Source: Peribolospora baueri (taxonomy: Eukaryota). Taken from it: DNA of 64,000 bases. The stretch spans positions 62,001-126,000 of the forward strand of contig JAMDHS010000005.1 of assembly GCA_029717555.1 (NCBI GenBank), in the 5' to 3' direction. Positions within the stretch are counted from its first letter, which is position 1; each line of letters begins with the position of its first letter. The position numbers and the translations under genes are program-made. Shown here piece by piece: positions 52,142 to 64,000 of the stretch. Under the pieces are notes generated by a model. It had not been told where the DNA came from. It saw only the letters and a list, made by a program, of their open reading frames with translations, and made no database searches.

Positions 52142-52502
52142 TAGGCTATCGGGGCAGTGCCGTTACGAGGGATTGTAAAACATCGTGTTTAACTCGAATG
52201 TACAAGAACGATAATAGATATAATTCGGCACGGCATCCTTCTCTGGCCGAAAGAATGCTGCGTTCAATGACGGCATGCCCACGTGGCGACGGGAGCTACT
52301 GCGGCAATCTTTTCTCCGCGTCGCTGTGTTGCACAGGTTGATCCGACCTCGCATCTTGGCAACGATTCTTTTCTGACTTCCCCCTCCATTATCTATCTCC
52401 AATTCCTGGGCCCGAGCGCATAGTGCCAGCAGCTCCTTCTTGTTCCATGGTTTGGCTTGCTTTTTGAGATACCCTGCTCCCTTTCCTTCTACTCTTTTCG
52501 TG

Positions 52503-54668
52503 ATGCCCGCCGAGGGTCCCCTGCCGCCACAGCATGCCACGCCCGATACCCAGAGCGCGGCAGTTAACGCCTCGTCCGACGACTTTGCCGCGCAGCAACA
52601 GGCGAAGCTGTGCGCCCAGTGCTCCAACGCGCTTGACCTTGTCGTCCCCCTCGGCACCATAGCTTTCGACGTGCAGGCTATTCCTCATATCAGCTCGGCT
52701 GGCGATATCTCGACCCCGCAAACAGGATGGACCCCGCAGCTGCGACCGGCGGCCACTCCATTTGCAGGATCCCCTCGAGATGGTCGCATCGTTGGCGCCG
52801 TTGATGCTGAAGGACGACCGATCTGCGTGCCATGCATGCGAGCGATGTTTATGGCACGTGGAGAGATGGAGTTTGAGGAACTGGGCTCCTGGGAGCCTGC
52901 CTCAAGCTCTGCGGGGGAAACGGGTGGCGGTCAAATGCTAGCAAGGGAGCCGGGGAGTGATGTGCGTCTTAGCGCCGGGCCGGAAGAAGATGTGGACGGT
53001 TTCCGTCCGGGGGACGGTGGCGAGCAAGGAGCGAGATCGAAGGACGATGATGTGCAGCCTGCGCCAGACACGGTATATCCCATCCCAGACCGGCCTTCGG
53101 CCGTCATTTCTCACGACGAGCGCCCATCTTCGCCTCTCGCCCTACCACAGCGGTCTCTACGACCTGTCCACACGCTGACGGGTGACGCCATACGCATCCA
53201 ACCGCCGTCTGCCTTCTCCGGCCAGGCATTAGGCGTCTATGGTCCACATGGCGAGTCCTTGGTCGCGGGCAAGGGTACACATACTTCGTCTTCGTCATTT
53301 GGCGCTGCCTCACGCAAGGACGACCACTCGACTGTCTCGGCATACCTGCTTGAGAAGACTCGGGAAGGTTGGGGGTTCTATACGCGGCCGGATCCACTTC
53401 TGGACATGACGAGGCTGCGAGTACCGTCCACGGGCACGTCGTGCTTGTATCCGGGCTCCATTTTCAAGGGTACACAACGCAGCGGTCGAAATAGCTACGA
53501 CGTTACCGTGACGATCCTTGTGAGTGATACGTTTGGAAGCATACGAGCTCTTTCGCTTGCTTGGCGCTGAGTCATCCTCCATGGCTTTGCTGTTGTCTAG
53601 CATGTGGACATCCCAGCATCGTTTCTCTGTGGCTATCTCAACATTCGCGGGCTGACGGACGACTGGCCGGAGCTCACGACGTACTTCGACGCGGAGATTA
53701 TCGGCTCTAGGTACGGCTTCCTAACGAACAAATGGGGTGCTAGTGAGCGTGATGATCTGAAGCACTGGGTAAGTTTAAGCCGCTGGCTAATTTAACTATT
53801 CGTTTGACGGGGCGCGTACCTTGCTACCGTGGCTGAGTTGTAGTGGGGACGCTTGTTGTTTTCTTCTACAGGGCCAGTTTCCCTTTTTCCGACAATTGCG
53901 CAATCATCTTTCCAAGCCTGGTCTGCGGTTTAACCACATGAGCAAACCTTACATCTTTATGAGGTGGAAAGAGAGGTTTCTAGTGCCCGACCACAGAGTG
54001 CGCGATATAAGCGGAGCAAGCTTTGCAGGTGCGTTTATTCGAGATGGCAGTACGAGTTTTGTGTGTTGCCTTTCACACTGACCCTCATCTGACTTTGATG
54101 CTGGCCTTCCAGGTTTCTACTATGTCTGCGTCGAGCTTGGCAATTCGCCTTCGACAATTCCGACCGTATCGTCACCTCTTGCCTCCACGTCTCCTCCTAT
54201 CTCTCCTTCTCTCCCGTCCTCGACCTTTTCAGGGGTCTCTTCTTATGCTCGTGACGCGACGCGACCTTCGTCTCGGGCGCGAAGGAGCAGCCAAGCGTCA
54301 AGTCGGTCTGCGCTCGGTCTTGGTGGTGATGGCTCGCCGACCAGCTTGCCCTCTGCCTCTTTGAGCTCGGGCGGAGCGATGAGTGGGTGAGTGTGCGGGC
54401 TATAGACGCTAGAAACTTGAAAACTGGGATGATCCTGGCGGGACCGTTGACACTAACGCGTGCGGTCTTATGCGGGTTGTATACAGGTTCTACTTCCACG
54501 AGAACAGCGAACAGTGAGTTGGGATGGGGTGGGAGCATTGGACAGTTGCGACCGATTGGTGGCTGACTTTGTTTGCTTTCATCTGTCCTTGCTTGCTTCG
54601 GCAGGGATCAGCAGCTCTCGTTGCAGCACGTCCCGCAGCGGACAAGCTCGAGCTTCGAGCTGCGATGA
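52503..54668 (+). CDS. GID4: GID complex Pro/N-degron receptor (Vid24/Gid4)
   Basis: [102 protein letters not shown]..SFELR*. Confidence 0.92.
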
Positions 54669-56094
54669 ATGGGTGGCTGGCGGTGCGCTTTTTCTTCTAG
54701 GTTGGGTATCGTTGCAGCAGACAGACGGAGGGGCTTTGTTTTCGTTCGTACGTCTCTGAATTGTCTCCGCTTTTGTACCCTCACTTTCTCTTCTCTTTGG
54801 CGTCGTGTGCCTATGTGCGATCGTGTACGATTATGACACCCTCTTGCTGTGGCCAAGCTTTGGGATAGGTAGAAATGGACGGCGTCTACTCGTCTCCACT
54901 CGCGCGGCAGGCCGCTTTCTGGTTGGTACATAGCATAGTTATGTCAAGAGGAACGAAAAAGACAGGAGATGGACAGGGGAGACGGATGTACGGACAGGAC
55001 ATGAGGTAGGAATGGAATGTATGCCGCGCAGGTGACTGCGTTCGCCCATGGTCGTCCAAGGGACGAGATCGAGCGGCGAGCCAAAGAAGCGACAGCTGGA
55101 TCTCGAGCGTTTGAAATGAGCCCAGTTTCCCCCTCGTCGCATGGAAAGAAGGCGAGCCGGGGGGACGAGGTAAGAAGGCCGCTCTGAGCTTTGAAAGTGA
55201 GGGAAAGAAAGAGGGAGGCCGGGGGGGAGGACGAAGAAAAGAGGAGGAGGGGCTGCGGCAAGTGCGGAAAGTCCGTGTGCGTGCGCGAACGGCCGAGCTG
55301 ACTTTCGCGCGCGGCCGGGAGCTCCGGGATTTCCAGATCAAGGAAACCCGCGAGGGGTGATTCTGTTCCTACGTCAGAGACAGGAGTCCCAGCCTAAGAG
55401 CATTCACAGGTCTGAGAGAAGTCTCAGCTTACTTGCTTTGCTGTCTGTGCCTAGTTTCTGGAGTGGGACCTCACGTCGCGGTAGGTACTGGGAGTGTACC
55501 GTAGAGACGAGGCTGTGGCAGTGGGGCGGCGGTGACGACGATGGGGCGAATGTGGACCGCCAAGGTCAGTTTCAGCCAGAGTCAGCCACAGGGTCACCAG
55601 GGTCGGCCAGGGTCATCAGGGTCACCAGGTCAGCCATGGTCAAGCCGGGCCGTCGGACGGATCGCGACGGCGGCAGCGGGATGGGCCCGACCGACGGACG
55701 GGCGAGGAGAGGCCGTACCAACAACAAGCCAAGCCCAAGCCTGCCAACCCGCCCCGGAGTGAGGAGGCTTTGAGAGGCACGTGCGAGAGGATATGCATGA
55801 AGAAGGCAAACTAAGTCGAACGAGGCACGGGCTAAACGTCGACCTCCGGCTGTCAGTCTTGGCTCCCATTAACAACCGGGAGGGTGCGTTTAAAATGCCG
55901 GTTAGCGGACGCGGCTTGGACCCGTTCGATTTCAATTGCAATTAAAGTTGGCATCGCCTACTCCTTGCGCTCCGCGTGCCCCGCCAGCGCGCTGACTGTG
56001 ACCGGTGGAAGTACCTTTGCTCGCCATCTCTCCCTAACCCTCCTCCTTCCTCATACTCGCCCCTCGCCCTTTTTCGCCACATCGGTGGCGACCG

Positions 56095-56126
<32 letters not shown>

Positions 56127-56359
56127 AACGACGACGCTGCCGCCGACGACGACGACCAGCAGCTCCCGCGTACAGAGCCACCAGCGCACCCATCACCGCA
56201 CCGCACCGCCTTCTATCCTCACCCCAGCACCGCTTGTGCGCTCACCTTCTCCACCGCCGCCCACCCCCCTCTCGTCCGTTCCTGAGCGCGATCGCGGCGT
56301 CCCCTTCTTAACTCCGCCCTCGTCGCACGATCGAGCCAGCAGGGCGTGGATGGCCTGCC

Positions 56360-58954
56360 ATGTTCCAATGTAGAGGATATGGCGACTGCCGTATGGTCTT
56401 CACCAGGAGCGAGCACTTGGCTCGGCATGTCCGGTGAGCATTCGTTCGCACCCCATCCCCGCGACCCAGCCGGGGCTGTCTGTATATGCTGCTCTTCACC
56501 CGTCCGATGCCGTGTGCTTGCTCGCGTGCGTGATCCACCTCGTCCCTGACACTTCGCTCTATCACCTTCCTTCCGCCAGCAAACACACCGGCGAGCGTCC
56601 GTTCCGATGCCATTGTGGCAAGAATTTCTCTCGCCTTGACAACCTCCGGCAGCATGCCCAGACCGTGCACGCGGACCAGCCGGAGCGCAACGAGGCGATG
56701 ATGCAGGACCTGGTGGCGTTGCACACCGCTCTCGCCGCCTCTGCCGCCCAGGCTCAGCACGCTCAAGCCCAAGTCATCGGCAAACCCGCTGGACCCTCGC
56801 GCTCGGCCAACGCCAGTAAGAGATCGTCCGCCGCAAAGGGCGCTCGTCCTCAATCTTCGCACGGCCAACAAACCGCGGGCCGACAGGAAGCGCAACAACA
56901 CGGCGGCATGCTCCAGGCTCATCCGACGTCGGCCCCGCCGCCTTCGTTCCAGCCGGGCGTGCCTTACGACGCCTCTTTCACCTATTCCGGCCACTTCGCC
57001 ACCGGAGGCCACGGTGTTCCGATGCAACCCGCGTCTTATCCTCAAGGTTTCACCCCGTATCCAGCACAGTTCCCCTACGACCCCTATATGGCTTTCCCTG
57101 CCGGCCATTTGGCCCCGCCGCCGCCCAATTCGGTGGTCGGCGCGCCTCTTGTGCAGCCGTATCCGCCTTCGACCTTCCCTTCGTATCACACCATCGCTGG
57201 CGCTGCCTCCGAGATGACCGTGCCTCTCTCCCAGGCTCAATCGAACGCGCACGCGTCAGGGTCTTTGAAGGAGAGGCAGAAAGGCAGGCCTCAACCGCTA
57301 GCCATTGGGATGTACGGGGATCCGAAGAGCACGCATGAGGCCGTCGATGACGCTCTTCAATCTGGCAGCATGCAGTACCAGGAAGGCGCCTACATGTCCT
57401 CCTTTCCATCCTCTCAACACCCGTACGGACAGCCTGTGTACGGTCTTCCTCACGAGCAACAGCCCTTGGGGGCGAGCTCCGACTCTGGCGTGACCTCTTC
57501 CCTGGCCGACCAGTTTCCCACGACGACTGCGCCTTATGCCAAGGGATCTGCCGCTCCCGCCTCTGGCGGTGACGTCGGAGAGGCGCCTTTTTCGACGCCG
57601 ACCGGTCGGCCGGTTTTACCTCCTCTCCCTTCCATACTGCAGGAAGGAGGCGGTATGGCGGCACCGCCGAGTCGTCCCCTACCGGGTAGTCGTCCCTCGA
57701 CGGCCATCGGCGCTGGTCACTCAACGGCGGGAGCCACGGGTCCGCCGAATTCCATCCCACCTTCGCCGTCCGGGTCCTTCTACTCGGGAGCGCCTCATTC
57801 GTTGCGGCCCGCTTTGTCTGCCTCCCCGACGACCACCCGCTTCCCAATTCGCTCATTTCCACCTGAGCCATCACAACCTCCATACGCACAGTCCCTTCGG
57901 CGTACCGCCACGATCAACGCGCCTACCTCGTCGACTCGGTCCTCACCTCCGGGCTCTTCCCCTTTCATGTTCCATCCTCCGCCCCTACTGCCCAGCCCGA
58001 GTCCCGTTGCGGAAGGCCAAGGTTCAAGTCTTAGTGCCCCGCCGCCGCTCCCCCGCCCGCTTTCCTCTGGACGTCTGGACCCAAACTGGTTAGGCTCCCT
58101 TACGTCTCGCAAGAGCGCCGGAAAGGTCCGTGCGGTCGATCAAGAGGACATTGCTCGAAATCGGCCGTTTTCCAGTGGCGATGGTGAGTGCGGGTGTCAT
58201 TTCGTTTTCTACCCCTTCTTCTGGACATTTCTGGATTCGTGCTCACCCTCCTCCTGGATGTCTGGCGACCGCTGTTTTCCGCTCATCTGTCGCAGTGCCT
58301 TTCCGTGGACGAGAGATGCCGCCTCCGTTCGGCGTTGTCGCTGAAGAAGGAGAGTTTTTCGCTGACGGCGGCGAAAGCCGCCAACCGGACCCCCAAGATC
58401 CGGAGGATTTGCAAGGTGCACCGCCCATGTTCGTGCCTGCGGCCCGTCGAGTGTCGATTGCCTCTCTGTGTTCGCCGATTACCGATTCGCGACCCACCAC
58501 CGCCAGCGTCGCCTTTGAACGGGAAGATCTCGCCGAACGCCGGCCGAAGACGTCGCCAGAGAAGAGTGCGGCTCCTCCCTTTGGCGAGAGTGAGGGCGAC
58601 CTCACGGGGCTAAGCAGAGATTCCAGGAGCGTTCCGCCGGAGGAGCGGCAGGAGCAGCAAAACGAACCTCAGGCTTTCCGTGGTATGGTCGGCAAGGGGG
58701 ACTCGTCGGACGACGCGAGTGCCTCTAATGGGCGGTCTTCAACAGAATCTCCACGGACCAACTATGCGACCGTATCCAGTGGACCGACCACGGTCTTGAG
58801 CAAAGCGGCCACTATGTCGCCAAAGTGTCATTGGAATGCGTCCGATCGTGCCGCCGGTGCGAAGCGGGCACGGGAGCCGGAGGTTCAAATCGAAGACGGA
58901 GAGGCACCGTTTGAGGAGATGAAGAGGCCTCGGTTCGTCGACGGTGAAGCTTGA
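56360..58954 (+). CDS. C2H2 zinc-finger transcription factor (Usv1/Rgm1-like); start may lie further upstream
   Basis: [54 protein letters not shown], followed by a long P/S/Q-rich region and a RRVSIASLC motif. Confidence 0.85.
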
Positions 58955-59250
58955 TTCGTGGCGGTGGAGGGGCTTCCATTTGGTAGCGCAGCAGTCGCCA
59001 TATTCTACAATCATCGTAGTCTACCTTCCCATCCGTCCGTTTAATGTGTACAGCTCTTTCCTTTGTACTCTTTCCCGCCCATTTTTTTTAATTTAATGAC
59101 AAGCAAGCATGTCTCTTGACATCCGCGCTCTGCCCCAGACGCGACGCGAGCACGTGAGCTGGCTGCGGCGAAGAAGGTGGAGCCCGATCGTTTGTTCCAA
59201 CTCAACCACTCGTAACTTTCCCATCCAGCACTCACTACGTCCGACTCGTC

Positions 59251-62200
59251 ATGAGCTGCCCACACGTCAGCGACGCCATCGCTAGCATCAGAGCTCCACG
59301 GGCTGGGGAGCACGTCCACAGGGAGGAATGCACGCTTTGCTTTGACGACCAGGTATGTGTTTACCCCGCCAGCGGATCTGGGAGCGCTCGCCACTGACGT
59401 ATGACATTGTCCTTTGTGGACTGGCTAGGACGGGTCTGAGGGAATCGACGTTTGCTTGAGCTGCTTCAACGGGAGCTGCACGGCTCCTGAGCGCAACCAT
59501 TCGTCCCTACACTTGAAGAAGTCTGGTCATCCGCTCGTCCTCAATGTGAAGCGGAGAAGGAAGCCTAAGAAGGTCAGCAGAGTAAGTCTCGCTGCTGCGA
59601 TGACCTCACTGTGAGGTGTGATGCTCGGTCTCGCTCATCCTGCTCTGTTTTCCATTCCTCCTATGTCCTGATCTCACTCAGGGTGATGTCGAGCCGCCGC
59701 TGAAGAAGCTCGCCATAGTCGCAGAGTCCGACGCCGACAAGTACGAGTATGTCGTCACGCCGAAGTGCCTCGTTTGTGATGCTCCCCTGCCGAAGACGGA
59801 TGAGGTAAGTCTTTCAAACCAATGTCCGTGGCAGCCGCAAAACATTCCTTAAGTGGTTGGTGCTCTTTTCCGTAGCTAAATGCACGTTGTTGGTGCTTCC
59901 TTCCGTAGCTAAATGCTATCACAGACAAGGTCATGGCTTCGATGACTTCCGCCCAGCAGTCCGAGGTCAAGGCGTGGGAGGAGGAGATCATCTCGTGCCA
60001 GCACGCCAGCGACTTGAACCAGTTTGACGGCAAGAAGCTGGAACCTGAAGGTACGCTCGAAAATCTGTCTGATCGTCGTGCGAGCTTTGGAAGGTCAGTC
60101 GTATTGACCGCGAACGGCCGCAACCTTGGCCCTTCTCTCACAGGCCTTGCACACTGCGCCCAGTGCGAACTCAACAGCAATCTCTGGCTGTGCTTGACCT
60201 GTGGCAACTTGGGTTGTGGGAGGCAGCAGTACGCCGGCGTAGGTGGACACGGACACGGCCTTGCCCACTACGAGCAGACCGGCCATCCCGTAAGCGTGAA
60301 GCAAGGGACTATCACGGCTGAAGGAACCGCAGGTAGGCACGTCCCTCTCCACGGTCATCCCGCGAGCTTCGATCCCCGCTGAGTAACCGGACGGATTGGC
60401 TACTGTGCAGATATATACTGTTACAGTTGCAATGACGCCCGGCTCGATCCTCACTTGGCCAAGCACCTTGCAAACTTTGGCATCAACGTCATGGACTTGT
60501 CCAAAACGGAGAAGAGTATGACCGAGCTGGTACGTGGTCCCCCTCCTCTTAAGGCTGATTTCTGAGATGACATAGGCTTATGCAATCATTCTCTCATTTG
60601 GCCCTTTCCACAGCAAGTGGAGCAAAATCTCAACTTTGATTTCAGTATGACTGGAGATGACGGCAAGGCTTTGGAGCCTTTGTTCGGCCCTGGCTTGACG
60701 GGGCTCCGTAACTTGGGAAACAGGTGAGGCCGAAGGTGGCCTGCACGGCGCGGTGCTTGTATGTCGTATCATTGACCACGGTTGCGCATTCGTTTATATA
60801 TAAAGCTGCTACATGGCATCCGTCCTTCAGGCCGTCTTTTCGATTCCTTCTTTCCAGTCGAGGTATCTTCTTGCCCTCAAAGCACACGTTCCCGTTTGCG
60901 GGCAGATCGATCCAGCCTCGTGCTTGGAGTGCCAGATGGCGAAAATGGCAGACGGCCTTCTGTCTGGTCGCTACGCGATCCCTCGTCGTCCGGACGACTT
61001 TACGGATACGCATACACCGAAGGCAGACGGAGATAGTGCGAATCCCTCGTTTCAAGAAGGCATCCATCCTGCCATGTTTAAAGCACTGGTCGGCAAAGGC
61101 CATCCCGAGTTTGCCACCATGCGGCAGCAAGACGCCGACGAGTTCTTCAAGTATTTCATCGATCTACTGCAGCGAGAGGGTCAACGCGCTGCAGACAACT
61201 ATGCGAAAGACGCTCGCACTTCCGTTGAAGATCCAACCAAAGTCTTCTCGTTCGCCCTTCAGCAGAAGTTGCAGTGCAACGAATGTCGACGAGTGCGGTA
61301 CACGATCGAAAATCAAGATGCCGGGATCAGCGTGCCTGTTCCCGTTCGGGATCGCCGCAGTAGCAAAGGACCGACGACGGATGATGGACCTTCGCATGGC
61401 CCCAGAAGCGACGGCCCAGACTTCGACAGTCCGTACGAAGCGGTCACGCTGGAGGAGTGTCTTGATATTTTCACCGCACCGGAGACGCTCGACTACCGCT
61501 GTCCCGCTTGCGATAAGGTGGTGACTGCAACGAAGTGAGTACGTGCCTAGAGTGAAACCGAGCTATTCTCAGCTGTTTCTTACTCAATGCTGCTCTGTCC
61601 TTGCTGCGAAAGGCAAACGATGTTTGCAACTTTTCCCAATGTCCTGATGGTCCACGTAAGGAGGTTTCAGCTCCTCAATTGGGTCCCTCAGAAAGTCGGT
61701 GAGTAGTGACCGATTGCGTCCAGCCATCCGAGCCAAGGTGGAAAAAAAAAAAAAACTCACAAGTCTTCTCGTCGCTCTCACAGATGTACCCGTTATGCTG
61801 CATGGAGCGTCGTTGACTCTCGACAAGTATCTCGGCCGCGGAAAGGCGGAAGATGAAGTGGAGTTGCCGGAGGACAAGGAGGCTCGTTCGGTGGACGATG
61901 CCCACGTGGCTATGGTCACCGAGCTAGGGTTTACCCCCTCTCAGGCCCTCAAGGCGCTCAAAGCGAACGTGAGTTCTTCTTAGGACCTCTTCCTTCATTA
62001 CGCAAGGATGAGTGAGCACTAACTCGCTTTCTCTTTTCATCGGTTCAGAACAACGATATCGAGCAAGCAGTAGCTTGGCTTTTCGAGAACCCCGACGCCA
62101 GCGACGAGCCCACTCAAGGCGCTGATAGCAACATATCGAACACCAGCGTAGTCCATGGCTCGAATGCGCTGCCTGCCAAGTACAATCTAACGGCGTTCAT

Positions 62201-62457
62201 CAATCACAAGGGCCCTTCCGTCCATTCGTGAGTCCGTTCACCGTGGTGTTACCATCTCCCTCGTGCAAGGGCTCACCACGCCTTCCTCCGTCTCGCTCAG
62301 AGGTCATTACGTGGCAACCATCAAGAAGAACCTTCCGAGCGAGGGTGCCGTTGCATCTCAGCAATGGGTCTTCTTCAACGATGAGAAGGTGGGAAAGGGG
62401 GGAGACAACCTCGCCCCGTTCTCATACGTTTACATGTTCACGAAGGATACCTTGTAG
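59251..62457 (+). CDS. UBP14: Ubiquitin C-terminal hydrolase 14 (USP5/isopeptidase T)
   Basis: VHREECTLCFD; ZnF-UBP CAQCELNSNLWLCLTCGNLGCGR; Cys box GLTGLRNLGNSCYMAS; RQQDADEF; UBA MVTELGFTPSQALKAL; His box HKGPSVHSGHYVA; WVFFNDEKV. Confidence 0.95.
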
Positions 62458-63137
62458 AGTAAGCACATAGAGTAGGCACGCTGATCAGTCGTACAGAACA
62501 ACTAGGGGTCACGTGAAAGAACGCGAATCGAGCCAATCGCGATCATGATTTATGGGCATAAATGTGGCCAATTATTTCGTGAGGAACATGCGAAGGTCAA
62601 TGGTAGTAGGCAGTATCACGCGGGAGTGAGCCAGCCTAGCCAGTCCCTGAGAATTTTACATATTCGCATTCGCTTCAGTTCTGCTAATATATAGTCGCGA
62701 CGACATAGACAACATACATGAGTCGCCTTGCATAATTTTTTTTCAAGGTCTACCATGGCGTCAGCGACATTCATAAATGTTACCAAAAAAAAGGCAGATG
62801 GTGGAAGGTGACTTCAGCCAAAAAGAAAATCCTTCATACCAGTGCAACAGTTTGAAAAAAAAAAGTTCACCTACGAAATGTTTTTTGAGCCTTGCGAGAC
62901 TCAAGGTCTCCTTGTGTTTATGGTTCGGGCGTTGACTAGGAAGCTTCTTTTTCTTAGGTGAGGGTGGGGTGAAAGAAACGTAGCCATAGGCGCATGCTCT
63001 ACATTATATGAACTTGACGCATGACTTTACTACTCTTCGTTACTGCCAAGCTGTCATCACCAAACCAGTTCATCCTTAGTTGGTTTACTTACAGGAGGGG
63101 CAATGGTCGATCCTCCTCCCCTTCAACATTACATCTA

Positions 63138-64000
63138 CTACTGTACTGACATGGGTTACCGGGCAGGGTTGAATGCAGGACGATGAGGACATAAGCTTTT
63201 GAGCAAAGAACAGGGAGCGCCGGACATCGATAAGAAACAAGGTTACCAGGAACCCACGGGGAACTCACCAAATCGCCCCCGTCCCTCCCGATTGGAGCAT
63301 CGTCATCCCGCTCGCTGGACTTGCCGTGAGGATCCAGGCCGAGATACTCAGCAACAAAAACTCGAAGGATGAGAGCCCATGCGTGCATTGTTTTGAAGTC
63401 CAAGGCGGAGGCGTTGTCCTGTATACATGACAGACAAGCATTAGCTTTTCGTTGAAGGCCATAGCAGCTCTTTTCAGACAGCTTGTCACCCACCGACAAC
63501 ATGTGCCAAACTGTTGGGAAAGGAAACGGAATAAGGTGCAAGATAGGAACGCCGCGATGAACGAAAGGGAGATGGTCGTCTTCGATGCTTGCGGAGACGT
63601 AGTAGTCACTCGACTTGCGAGCCTCGAAGAAAGATCTGTGCGTTCTCCGTTCAGGCTCCTGCACGAGAGCCTCGTCGTTCCCCTCGCGTGCTAACTTCGG
63701 GGGCTCCAGAAGTGCTGCCTTCTCAAGTCTGGCTTCTGCGCCGACAAGCTCGTCGAATAGCCACCCCGTGGCTTGATAATAGTTGTGTATATGCGGGTCG
63801 GGGGCGCCCAATAGGTCTAGAAGAACCAAATGATCAATGGTTGATAGCACTGAGACGGGGCTTGAAGGGGAGACGTATCGTCTGGGCGACAGATCTCTGA
63901 TCCGATGACGGTCAGGAGTGATGAAGGTTTTGGCCCATCGCTCGGCAAGATGGCTGTCGCAACCGAGAAACGAGATTCAGACCTATCTGAGTCACCTCAG
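63138..64000 (-). CDS. Glutaminyl-peptide cyclotransferase (peptidase M28), 5' end beyond the window
   Basis: RHLAERW; STIDHLVLLDLLGAPDP; IEDDHLPFVHRGVPILHLIPFPFPTVWH..DNASALD; ends RDGGDL. Confidence 0.9.

Noticed and set aside
1..64000. CRISPR arrays, tRNA or rRNA genes, prokaryotic-type systems
   Set aside because: No repeat-spacer arrays or RNA-gene signatures were recognised; the sequence is spliceosomal-intron-rich fungal DNA. Most small antisense ORFs in the track are shadows caused by high GC.

Overview
Gene-dense, intron-rich, GC-rich eukaryotic DNA. The GTRAGY/CTRAY/YAG introns and the gene set point to a basidiomycete fungus, probably Ustilaginomycotina-like (inference). About 24 spliced protein genes can be read: Clp1-like, UBC9, a retropepsin-like protein, DDB1, FMT1, SCC3/STAG (5' part only), casein kinase I, RanGAP, BUB2, RNase H1, GLTP/HET-C2, FRG1, an AP-4 epsilon-like adaptin, HEH/SRC1, TMA20, a GAS2-domain protein, CHMP7, RAD54, GID4/VID24, a C2H2 transcription factor, UBP14, a glutaminyl cyclase (partial) and two hypotheticals. 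Three things stand out. (1) A DIRS/Ngaro-type tyrosine-recombinase relic at ~5.36-6.5 kb is folded into three consecutive, slightly diverged inverted repeats (hairpin-RNA-like). (2) A complex I assembly factor gene (NDUFAF2/B17.2L-like) carries several inactivating lesions. (3) The essential cohesin gene SCC3 breaks off at a C17/G37 tract next to a gypsy-like pol fragment. Smaller observations: a candidate catalytically dead retropepsin, a single-UBA Ubp14 with a duplicated 'poison' splice acceptor, and an AP-4 epsilon-like subunit. All identifications come from motif recognition by eye; no database searches were run, and some exon boundaries are approximate.
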